Source: Macrostomum hystrix
Taxonomy: Eukaryota; Animalia; Platyhelminthes
Length of the DNA stretch: 64,000 bases
Direction of reading: 5' to 3'
NCBI GenBank assembly: GCA_950097015.1
Contig: CATNEN010000039.1
Span: 19,592,001 to 19,656,000, forward strand
Part shown: piece by piece, positions 1 through 11,222 of the stretch
Numbering within the stretch: position 1 is the first letter of the stretch
How the letters are laid out: each line of letters begins with the position of its first letter
Made by a program: the position numbers and the translations under genes
The notes under the pieces: generated by a model
Databases searched by the model: none
Seen by the model: the letters and a program-made list of their open reading frames with translations, nothing else
What the model was told of the DNA's origin: nothing

Positions 1-310
1 CCAAATTCCAAATCAATCCCTATCCCAAATCAATCCCAATCCCAAATCAATCCCAATCCCAAATCAATCCCAATCCCACATCAATCACAATCCCACATCA
101 ATCCCAATCCCAAATCTATCCCAAATTCCAAATCAATCCCTATCCCAAATCAATCCCAATCCCAAAATCAATCCCAATCCCAAATCTATCCCAAATTCCA
201 CATCAATCCCAATCCCACATCAATCCCAATCCCAAAATCAATCCCAATCCCAAATCTATCCCAAATTCCAAATCAATCCCAAATCAATCACAATCCCAAT
301 CCCAATCCCA
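1..310. repeat. Intronic minisatellite, ~16-17 bp unit (CCCAAATCAATCCCAAT-like)
   Basis: Tandem degenerate AATCCC/CAAATC units ending just before the acceptor ggtcag at 330. Confidence 0.9.
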
Positions 311-330
311 CCACCGAATTCCTCGGTCAG

Positions 331-763
331 GCTGTCTTCAGCTCCGAGGACGCCGGAGCCAGACATCGAAGAGCTGCTCCGTCAGAACCTGGAGGCCCAG
401 CGGCGCAACTTGCACAGCTGCAGGCGAGGCTCCGACCTGCCAGCTACCTGCCGGCCTAATGCCGCTAGCGCCGAATCAGACCGCGTCGCCTCGGACAATT
501 CGCCGCCGTCGACGCCGTCGCCATTGTCGACGGCTTGCGGTCCGCGGCGTCGGCCATTGTCGGAGCGCAGCCAGCGCAGTCGGGAAGCCGCGGCGGCGAT
601 GCGCGAGGCGGCCGTAGCCGCTGGTGGCAGACTGTCCAGTCGCAGCCTGCTGCTCCGTCGGCTGCAGTCGGACTCGACAGGAACCGCCGCCGCGGCGGCA
701 GCTTTGGCTGTCTTGGCTTGCGTAGCCGGCCTATTGGCCTACTCGTTGATTGGCGGGAAATGA
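331..763 (+). CDS. Terminal exon of a gene encoding a C-terminally tail-anchored membrane protein (upstream exons outside the window)
   Basis: Acceptor cag|g at 330. Open GC-rich frame LSSAPRTPEPDIEELLRQNLEAQRR...AAAAAALAVLACVAGLLAYSLIGGK-stop. A basic helix followed by one terminal hydrophobic segment loosely resembles PTP1B/TC-PTP tails; identity not established. Confidence 0.6.
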
Positions 764-1215
764 GATTCCATTCTTTTTACCCTCGGCTGGGCTAGTGATT
801 TCCGTGTTCCATTAATTTAGTTGAAATATTCTCGTTATTTTTTTCCCACTGGGTCAACACCACGCTGATATTCCAAATACCCGCTGCCTACGTCACGGTA
901 GCTCCGAAACCCGAATGATTGATTTTCTTGAAAGTCCAACAAGTATATCAAAACGTTTATGGCGAATCCATATGGGTTTAATAATAAAATAATTAAAAAG
1001 TATGATGGATAGAAAAAAACTACCTATGTTGCCTGTTATTGGTGGACGAGAATCGTTGAATATCACAACGACGCAGATGTGTTTGTGATTCTGGAAGTTG
1101 CTTCATCGGATAGAGCGGATTTTATTTTAGGCGGTGTTTTGGATTTTCATGGCGAATGTTTGAATATTTTGGGTGATGCAGAATAAAGAAGATTTGGGTA
1201 TTTAAGATAACTCAC

Positions 1216-1216
<1 letters not shown>

Positions 1217-1261
<45 letters not shown>

Positions 1262-1625
1262 TAATAATAATAATTGCAGGAGGGCTGCGGGCAATGACGC
1301 ATCATTTGGTGACACTAGACCCGCAGCCAGCGAGGAGGCAATTCTGCCTATTTCGCTGACTCCTGAGCACACACACACACAGATACTGTAGCGCAAGCAC
1401 ACGCTCACACAGGTGTGTACATCTGCCCTGACTTTCGCATCGTCAGGCAGTGTACACTCTCACTGTGCCTTGGAGGTTGGCCCACAAGGGCGTAAATTGC
1501 ACGACAAGCCACCAAGCCTTCTCTCCGCGGCTGCGCCCCAAATGAATGTGTTCTTGCCGCAGAATCGAGCTTAGGGACCTTGGCGCGAGAGGCAAACGCG
1601 ATAACCGCTCTGCCACCGACCCCCT
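1217..1625 (-). mobile_element. tRNA-derived SINE family A (~360 bp) with long (TTA)n tail
   Basis: Minus-strand head GGGGTCGGTGGCAGAGCGG (A box)...AGCTCGATTC (B-box-like); 3' stem GGCTGCGGG/CCCGCAGCC; TAA run 1217-1272; many similar copies in the window. Confidence 0.85.
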
Positions 1626-2294
1626 ATAATAACTCCCTGTGGTCCTTCTACTTTTTCTGCCAAAGTTGACTTATTATCCGATAATAAAGTTACAAACTGT
1701 CCTCCTTTTAAGTTGCCTAATTATTAAGTTGCTAAGGAGGAGACACAAGGCCACAATTTTTCTCAAACGCATATTTGCATGTTCTGTTTATATTTTGATT
1801 GCATAAATTGCTGCAATTACTTAATTGCTTGCTATCTTTAATTTGTACTTTTGTACATTTACAGCAATAGCTTGTTGCGTTAATTTGCAATATTCATCGC
1901 ACTTAAAATGATTTCGGTTTGCTATGTCAGTACTTGAAATACTACTGATTAGAGTTAATGAGTAGAAATATGCGTTTATTAATATAATATTTTTGTTAGC
2001 GCTTCCTTCAATAAGTCGTTCGCGCTTTTTCAATGTTGATGAGCCAACATTGTCTTTTTATCCAGTTCTGATTTGCTATCCGCTGCGATAGCAATTAATT
2101 TTGATACCTTATTTTCAACACTATGCACATTTACTTGTTTCTTTTTTCATTTTTCAAATTTGAGTTCTCAAATTTTTGCGTGCTAACGCTAACAACGATT
2201 ATATAATTTTTAATTGTTTCACAAATTTATATTTTTAATTAAACGTTGGCTAAGGCAAAAAAATTCATTTCATTTCGGCTGAAAACTTTAAATC

Positions 2295-3330
2295 TCCCTG
2301 ACCAACTTTGACTCTCCCTCCGACACACCTTGACTCTCCTTTTGACCAACTTTGACTCTGTCTGACCCACTTTGAATCTCTCTGACCTACTTAAACTCTC
2401 TCTGACCTACTTAAACTCTCTCTGACCTACTTAAACTCTCTCTGACCTACTTTAACTCTCTCTGACCTACTTTAACTCTCTCTGACCTACTTTGACTCTC
2501 TCTGACCTACTTTGACTCTCTCTGACCCACTTTGACTCTCTCTGACCCACTTTGACTCTCTCCGACCCAATTTGACTCTTCCTCCGACCCACTTTGACTC
2601 TCTCTGACCTACTTTGACTCTCTCTGACCCACTTTGACTCTACCTCTGACCCACTTTGACTCTCCCTCCGACCCAATTTGAATCTTCCTCCGACCCACTT
2701 TGAATCTCTCTGACCCACTTTGACTCTCTCTGACCTACTTTGACTCTCTCTGACCCACTTTGACTCTCTCTGACCCACTTTGACTCTCTCTGACCCACTT
2801 TGACTCTCTCCGACCCAATTTGACTCTTCCTCCGACCCACTTTGACTCTCTCTGACCTACTTTGACTCTCTCTGACCCACTTTGACTCTACCTCTGACCC
2901 ACTTTGACTCTCCCTCCGACCCAATTTGAATCTTCCTCCGACCCACTTTGAATCTCTCTGACCCACTTTGACCCCGTCTGACCAACTTTGACTCTACCTC
3001 TGATCCACCTTGAATCTCTCTGACCAACTTTGACTCTACCTCTGACACACTTGAATCTCTCTGACCCACTTTGACCCCGTCTGACCAACTTTGACTCTAC
3101 CTCTGATCCACCTTGAATCTCTCTGACCCACTTTGACTCTCCTTTTGACCAACTTAGACTCTACATTTTACCCACTTTGACTCTGTCTGACCCACTTTGA
3201 ATCTTTCTGACCCACTTTGACTCTCTTCGACCCAATTTGACTCTTCCTCCGACCCACTTTGACTCTCTCTGACCCACTTGGACTCTTTCTGACCTACTTT
3301 GACTCTCTGTGGTTCACTTTGACTCCGACC
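2295..3330. repeat. Minisatellite, ~20 bp unit CTCTCTGACCCACTTTGACT
   Basis: Roughly 50 tandem degenerate copies upstream of the AF10-like start. Confidence 0.95.
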
Positions 3331-3504
3331 CACTGCAAGTCAATATTAACTAGCCGAGATGAAGTTATCTCAAACTAATTTCTATTTTACTGTAAAGTTT
3401 TCAATTTGATAAACTGATAGTTTTCTTTTTTCAAGTTTAGCATTTATCATTTCAACAAACAAAAGTTTCAGCAGCCAAGAAATCCTAAAGTATAGGAGAA
3501 ACCC

Positions 3505-6168
3505 ATGAAAATGTCATCTTCATCAACTGTTGCCGGGTCCAACGGCCTCGCAGCGCCAGGCCCTGCCGACTGCGGAGTCTGCGGCTGCCCTGACAATGAT
3601 CAGCAGCTTCTACGCTGCTCTGGCAGCCAATGCGGCGGCGTCTCAGTTCATCCCGGCTGCTACGGCGTTGCCGATGTGCCCGACGACGCGGCAAACTGGC
3701 AGTGCCGTCGGTGCGAATTTCCACACGAGCGCTCGGCGAGGGTCCGCTGTGAGCTCTGCCCGATGCGGGGCGGCCCGCTCAAGCGAACGGATCGAGGCAG
3801 CGGCTGGTGTCATGTCTTGTGCGCATTGGCTGTGCCAGAGGCCGGCTTCGCTGATTGGTCCAAGCTAGAACCAATCCTATTGGCTGGCGTTCCAGCCGAA
3901 CGGTTTACTAGGCCCTGCTGCCTGTGCAGCGGCGAGTTCAACAATACGAATAGTATTAGTAATATTAATGCTAATAATAATAATGGCGTCATCAGCGACC
4001 CAGGCGGAGCCACTCTGCGCTGTCAGCGCTGTCGGCTAGGGTTGCACGCCACTTGCGCTCAGGCACGCGGGTTGCTCAGACAGGTGAGTAGATTTATCCG
4101 TTAAAACTCGATACCCGTGCTCCAAAGTCCGTTTAGGAAGCGTTACTGTGTATTTTTCAAGTTGTCCAGCGGAGGTTTTTATTTGAGGTACTTCGAGTAA
4201 TACTGATTAGAGATTATAATCATTAGAGAAGCGTTTGAGTCATTAGAGAAGCGTTTGAGTCATTAGAGAAGCGTTTGAGTCATTCGACAAGTGTTTGAGT
4301 AGTTAGACAAGATTTAAAATAGTAAGCTAGGCTAGGCATTCTATAAATATGAAAACACTTAATACACCCGTATCGTCTCATCATCTTAGGCATCGACAAG
4401 CCAGTCAGCTGACGGTGGCAGTCAGCAACAGAGACGCCTATTCTTTATCGCCTACTGTCCGAGTCACGTGCCTCCGTCAGCCGACTCTGCGGCGTCAGTC
4501 ATCCGGCCGCTGCACAAGCTGCTCCTGACAAAGTCATGCGTTGACGAGGCCACCACACTGCCTAAACGACCGACGACATCAACTCGGCAAAATAGTAAAA
4601 ACTCGGGCGTCGTGAAATCTTTGTCTCTAAATAGTTCTCGTAGGCGACTTCGACCGGCTTCGAGGCAGTCAACAGCGAAGACATCGACTGGCGGCGGCGT
4701 CGTTGGTGGTGCCGCCGCTGAGGCGCGTCAGCGTCGCCGTTTAATCATCGCGTCGCGTCTTCGAAAGCGGTCGACGCTGCCGACAGCGGTGACGACGAAG
4801 CCTGCTCCAAGGCCGGCTAGACGACAGCCGCAGCCGTTGAACAAACATCGTCAACTACTTCGCGATCAACAGTCGCGTCTAACGCCGTCCACATTAACGA
4901 AGACGAAAGCGCTGTCGAAGTCGATGCAGGTGAAAAAGATTCGATTAAAAAGTTCAAAACCAAAGCGCGAGCGTCCGCTGCCGCAGCTGCTCCCAGCTTC
5001 TGACTCCGAGGAAGACGAGAATGACTTCAATAACGATGTCGACGACGACAACATGTCGGCCGCTGCCGCGTCTTCGTCAGCCGCGGCTTCTTCGCCAACT
5101 GCCGAAGATGACGAAGACGCGGAAGAAGAGGAGGAAGCGGTGGATCCAGTCAGTCTGGGACCGGCTGCGGCCGTTGAATCCCGACCAGCCGAGCCTTCGG
5201 GCAGCTGCGCCTACGCCGGGCCGTCTAGCCTGCCAGCCGGTTTCAGCCTGGCCGACCTGAACAATCCTGCTGACACGGCCGGCGTCGGCCTGTCCTTAGA
5301 CAGCCTGCTGGACTGGCAGTGGAGCCAGACTGGCGACTTTGTGATGCAGATGCTGGCTGGCAGCGAGCTGGGCCCACTGCTCAGCTGCCTGCACCAGCTT
5401 CAGCGAGACAATCGGGATCTGGAGGCCGCCGCTCTCCAGCTTCAGTGCCGGCGCGATCGGCTACTGGCGCTGAATGCCAAACTGGTCCATCATCGCTTCG
5501 AACCCGCTGCCGAGGGTGAGCCAGGAACTGCGACGGAGCAGCCGCCGGTGAGCCAGCAGCAGCAGCAGCAGCAGCAGGCTTTCAAACAACCGCCTACTCC
5601 ACTTCCCATTATGCCCATTGCAAATCGTCAGCAATTAGTTAATCAGCAACCGATTGCTAGTATCCCGCAGCAGCAGCAGCAGCACCACCACCACTTGGCT
5701 AATCAAAACCTGGTTGGTCATCGGATGATTCAAGAACATCATCAGCAACAGCAGATGCCGCATGCGCAGCCTCACCAATTTGCTGGTCAGTTCCTTGCCC
5801 CGGGGCAGCAGATTCCGCATCAGCAGCAGCAGCAGCATCCTCAGTATCAACAGCTGCATCAGCAGCATCAGCAGAGCCAGCGGCAGTTCATATCTGGCCA
5901 GTCATTGGCTAGCCAGCTCACCAATCAGCAATTGGCTAATCAGCTGGCGCTTCTAGCCGGATCTGCTCAGCTGCAGCTGCTTACAGGGGCTCAGCAGCAG
6001 CAGCCGCCGCAGCCGCAGTATCATCAGTATCAAGCGCAGTACGAGCATCGCTTTCGTCAGCATGCCAATTCAATGCCAGCTGTTCCACCTATTCATCTCG
6101 GTGGAAATACTGCTCAGCAACAGCAGCAGCAGCAGCAGCAGCAGCAACGTTTACCACGCAGAGAGTGA
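3505..6168 (+). CDS. MLLT10: AF10/AF17 (MLLT10/Alhambra/ZFP-1)-like chromatin protein: PHD-Zn knuckle-ePHD (PZP), octapeptide-leucine zipper, poly-Q tail
   Basis: Exon 1 3505-4083 (cag|gtgagt), exon 2 4390-6168 (ttag|gca), in frame. Motifs VHPGCYGV, RVRCELCP, LKRTD, WCHVLCAL.VPE, HATCAQ, AYCPSH. LDSLLDWQW...LHQLQRDNRDLE...RRDRLLALNAKL matches the AF10 OM-LZ (EQLLERQW...LHQLQVENRRLE...LNAQL). Confidence 0.85.
4219..4300. repeat. Short intronic tandem repeat, 20 bp unit CATTAGAGAAGCGTTTGAGT
   Basis: Three to four copies in the AF10 intron. Confidence 0.85.
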
Positions 6169-7413
6169 AAGTTAAATTTATAGTTTAGGAAGACAATTTT
6201 CAGTATTTAAAATTAAATTTCTCACTAAATCGAATGATATGCTGATTGCCTAATTTTTTTCCAAGTTTTCTGCTGTCCACACATCTTTTCTATAAGACTC
6301 CTAAGAGTACATTAAAACCCAATGCTCCATGTTTTTGTGTGTTTATGTGTTCGAGTTGTGTCATTTTATCATTTTTTATTTAACATGATATTTTATACAA
6401 TAGTTAAAATGCGTTTTCCTAATTTTTCGCCTTTTCCGTAAGAGTACAGTGTTTTGACTTCGTTTGGACAGTGAAGTGATCAACCAGGTAAGTGACTTAA
6501 TAATATCCTTTAAAACATCAGGTATCGTATTATGCTATGAGTATTCATAGTAGATCAAGCCAGTTGTTTTACTCATTTAATTACTGCCATTATATACACC
6601 AATTTTCCAACATGTAGTTTACTGTTTCGTCAATCATGTATTAAACTTGTTAACTTGTTTGTAATCTACAAATGATGGAAATATTCTCAAGATTTCTTGA
6701 AAGAAAATATATTCTTTCGTTTCTGAATTTTTGTTTTTAGACTATTTTGTTGTACAAAATTTTAAATCATTGATTCATTTTTTATTTGTATTTTAATTTT
6801 AATAACTATAATCATATTGGTAAAGTATAACTATTCTGTTTCAATAAAATTCCACGACTTTATAGAGAAAGTTGATCAGGTTTTTGCTTATTTTGAGTTC
6901 ATTATTGAATATATAAAGAAATTGTGCTGCACTGTCCATAACCTATCACTGAATTTAGCTGAATTTTTTATTGTTTATCAAATTAGTTATATTGTAAACG
7001 CATTCGCTGTTCAGCTTATTTAGCTCTACGAAAATGATGTCGTGCTAATTTTAAGTTTGTATGTTTTGTTGTTGGACTTTTTTGCTGTGTATTATAAAAA
7101 ATACAACTTTTTCTGTTTTTATTATTTATTAATTTTTCCAAACCAGTTTTATGGTTTTCGATTAACGCAAACAACTCAATTCAATGTTGAGCCAAGAACT
7201 CAATTGTTATTATATCATTTAAATGGCCAAAAAATATATATTTAATAGATCAGAAGAAAAAACAGTTAGTAAATATTCAATTATAAATATGCTGAAGAAA
7301 GCAGGAAATAAAAGAAAACATCAGAGAAGGTTAAAGTGCAGAAAATGGAAACTAGAGTTCAGTGTTTAATAGGCATAACCGTCATTTAACAAGTTAACAA
7401 TTTAATCGCTTTT

Positions 7414-7978
7414 TAAACACAGGCAGACACCCCAGATGTGTCTATAAACACAGGCAGACACCCTGGAGATGTGTCTATAAACACAGGCAGACACCCTGGA
7501 GATGTGTCTATAAACACAGGGAGACACCCTGGAGATGTGTCTATAAACACAGGCAGACACCCCAGATGTGTCTATACACAGGCAGACACCCCAGATGTGA
7601 CTATAAACACAGGCAGACACCCCAGATGTGTCTATAAACACAGGCAGACACCCTGGAGATGTGTCTATAAACACAGGGAGACACCCTGGAGATGTGTCTA
7701 TAAACACAGGCAGACACCCCAGATGTGTCTATAAACACAGGCAGACACCCCAGCTGTGTCTATAAACACAGGGAGACACCCTGGAGATGTGTCTATAAAC
7801 ACAGGCAGACACCCCAGATGTGTCTATAAACACAGGCAGACACCCCAGATGTGTCTATAAACACAGGCAGACACCCCAGATGTGTCTATACACAGGCAGA
7901 CACCCCAGATGTGTCTATAAACACAGGCAGACACCCCAGCTGTGTCTATAAACACAGGCAGACACCCCAGATGTAAAC
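7414..7978. repeat. Minisatellite, 31/33 bp unit ACACCCCAGATGTGTCTATAAACACAGGCAG
   Basis: About 18 tandem copies just 3' of the ELMOD stop. Confidence 0.95.
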
Positions 7979-8022
7979 ACTAAAAGGAGACAGACATCCT
8001 AGTTGATAGTGGTCCAGTCAGT

Positions 8023-10258
8023 CTACCAGGCAGTTCCGCTTTCCTCTGGAGCCATGAATATACAGTCAGGATTGGATGCTTCGTCTTTAACGAGCCGTTT
8101 AAACTTTGACTTGACGCCGTTGAACTGCATGACGTCCAAACCCTGGCGCTGCCAGAATTCGGCAAAGCGTACGAACAGGCCGCAGAACAGCCGATGCAAG
8201 TCGTCCAATTCGTAGGAGCCCAGATTGTGGAAATGTTTGCGAAACTTTCGACCCTTTAACAGGCGCCAAACAAGGTCGCTGATGTTAATGCTGGCTATGG
8301 CGTATGGAAAACCATTGACTGGGTGCCGGCACTGACTAAGTATCGAAGCGGCTTGGCTAGGATAGCGGGTAGCAAAGAACAGTAGCTGGTCAAGGCCCAG
8401 CATTCCCATGCCGCGAAAGTCCGTCTGCGGATCGTCGCCCTTTAGACAGAGGTAGTTGATTATTATCAGGAAACGAAATGTAACACAAATTTTTTATTTT
8501 ACGACTTTTTTTCGAAAAATCCCGGCTTTGTTATTGTCGATAATTTCCGTTGTTTCAACTTCATGAGCCTTAGATTTTTTTGGCCATCAGTAGCGACTAA
8601 CTGTGAAAATTAGCTCGTAGTTTATACTTGCCTGGTAAAAAAGTTATTTGTTTAAAAAAGTTTACTAAAAATATATTCTTTTATGTTTTAAACTACACTT
8701 TAAACATTAATTTATTTTTAATTGCTGTTTTTAATACAACGCTCTTCTTTACGACTCATTTATAATTCAGTGACTTTTAGTTAAACTATCGGACTTTGGA
8801 AATGCCTGGTTCGATGTCGCAACTTGCTTTGTTATTATTAATTTTCATTCCTGTCAATGACGCACCTGAAATCCGATGTCGCCCCACTGCTTGGAGACGC
8901 GGCCAGACAGGGGCTCGCTAGGGCAGAGGGCGGTCCACAGTCTAGCCAGCTTGGCCTCGTGCTCCCTGGACTTCGAATTGAACGCCACCCGACGCACAGC
9001 GTCAGCTTGTTGACAGAGCCGATCGTGGCTAGCAATGGCGATGACCGCCTCGGCCAGAGCCGACTCAAACATCGGATAAGCGCCGGGCTCCACGCGCTTG
9101 GCTACGGCAACTGCGGCTGCGGCCGCTGCGGCGGCCTCCTTATCAATAGTATCAGAGCTCTTAGCTTGCCCAGCTGCTGGGCCGCTGCGGTCGCTGGAGC
9201 CGCCACCGACATGCGCGTCGGCTTGGTGCGGCAGGAGAGCTCGCACGGCTGGACAGCCCGAGGCGCGAATTACTCGCTCTGTGTTGAAAAAGTAACATTG
9301 TTGAGTGCTATGCTAGACACCTGACTGTGATTGCCGAATACAGATTTTTAAGGTGTTACAGGCTAAAGATCTGGGAGTGACGGGCTGAGTATCTGTGAGG
9401 ATCTGGGAGTGACAGGCTGAGTATCTGTGAGGATCTGGGAGTGACAGGCTGAGTATCTGTGAGGATCTGGGAGTGACAGGCTGAGTATCTGTGAGGATCT
9501 GGGAGTGACAGGCTGAGTATCTGTGAGGATCTGGGAGTGACAGGCTGAGTATCTGTGAGGATCTGGGAGTGACAGGCTGAGTATCTGTGAGGATCTGGGA
9601 GTGACAGGCTGAGTATCTGTGAGGATCTGGGAGTGACAGGCTGAGTATCTGTGAGGATCTGGGAGTGACAGGCTGAGTATCTGTGAGGATCTGGGAGTGA
9701 CAGGCTGAGTATCTAGGAGTGATAGGCTAAAGATCTGGGAGTGACAGGCTGAGTATCTGTGAGGGTCTCGGAGTGACAGGCTGAGTATCTGTGAGGGTCT
9801 CGGAGTGACAGGCTGAGGATCTGTGAGGGTCTCGGAGTGACTGGCTGAGTATGTGTGAGGGTCTCGGAGTGACAGGCTGAGGATCTGTGAGGGTCTCGGA
9901 GTGACAGGCTGAGTATGTGTGAGGGTCTCGGAGTGACAGGCTGAGTATGTGTGAGGGTCTCGGAGTGACTGGCTGAGGATCTACGCTCGTAAGTGTGACA
10001 GGATGAGGATCTGGTAGTGACAGGCTTATAGCTGGGAGGTACAGACGAAAGTCGAGGCCAACATAAGCAAGCAGTTAGAGTGAAATTACCTAATTCGCAA
10101 AACCGCTTCGCGCCTCTAGGATAGCGAAGAATAACTCTCAATAGGCCGCACTTGCCCGAGAACTTAGTTGTCAGCCACTTGAACATCGGCCAGACGAGGT
10201 TCAGAAGCAAGTTAAACAGGCGCAGAATGAAAACCGCCAGTGGCCATCGTTTGACCAT
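8023..10258 (-). CDS. ELMOD: ELMO domain-containing protein (ELMOD1/2-like ARF/ARL GAP)
   Basis: Exons 10258-10090, 9278-8866, 8439-8023 with GT-AG boundaries in frame. Splicing gives the GAP motif KQWGDIGFQ|GDDPQTDFRGMGMLGL; also FPYAIASINIS and DVMQFN. Confidence 0.88.
9353..10025. repeat. Intronic minisatellite, 32 bp unit GGATCTGGGAGTGACAGGCTGAGTATCTGTGA
   Basis: About 20 copies in ELMOD intron 1. Confidence 0.95.
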
Positions 10259-10369
10259 GGCTGCAAGGATTGATTCAGTCCACTTAAACACTTAGAAAGT
10301 GGGGTGGATAACCTTAAGCTACACATTTCTCTATTCATTCTACAGTTATTTTTAGTCGCCTGCGATCAG

Positions 10370-10700
10370 GATCTCTCCCGTCTTATCTATCCCCAGTCTT
10401 TATCTCTCTAATTTCTCCTCCCTCCGCTGTCTCATCTCTCTAATATCTTATCTCTTCTGTCTTATCTTATCCCTTGTCGCATCTCTCCCATGTCTCATCT
10501 CTCTACTGTCTGCTCTCCCCGTCTTATCTCTCCGTGTCTTCCGCTGTCTCTTCTATCCGCTGACTCATCTCTCCCCTGTCTTATCTCTCCACTGTTTTCT
10601 CTCTTATGTCTAATTTCTTCACTGTCTCAGATCACTCATTTGTGATCTCTTATCTGTCTTTTTTCTCCTCTGTCTCATCTTCCCCTTTCATATCTTCCTG
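10370..10700. repeat. Degenerate pyrimidine-rich repeat (TCTTATCTCTCC-like)
   Basis: Low-complexity CT-rich tandem units between the SBNO 3' end and the ELMOD start. Confidence 0.7.
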
Positions 10701-11222
10701 TCTGCTGATGTCCCGTGCTTTATATTATACTTCGCAACTAAAAAGCCGTAAAATAATAGGCGAATTGAAAGACAACAAGTATTTTAAACAAATTAGACAT
10801 GACATAAATAAAAAACTATTATTATATTCTTCTTATTTAACGACAAAAGCGTGTGTATTTCCCGGTAATGAGAGCCATGCTACCATGTTTATGCTTGTAT
10901 TCATATTAACAAAGGTACAAATCACTGAAAGGCTGGTTATATAATGAGTTTATTAGCCAAAATCTGAATAGAATTGACAAAGCAGAGGCTCGCATACTGC
11001 TTATAATAATATACTACTGAGCGTGTGAGTAGTAGATAAATGCCTGCAACAACGGGGTACATTATTTAATACTACTGTATTAGTAGTAAAACATGGAAAA
11101 GACGATATGTTCATCTATGTAGTTTTTGTTTCTATATTTTAACAGCCAAAAAAATAAATAAATAACAAATCAAGCAATCTTGAAGAAGAACACGCATTTG
11201 TGTTTATTCAGAGATATTTCAA

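Noticed and set aside
1-310. Telomeric repeat
   Set aside because: AATCCC-rich but irregular, not CCCTAA, and it sits directly before an internal splice acceptor.
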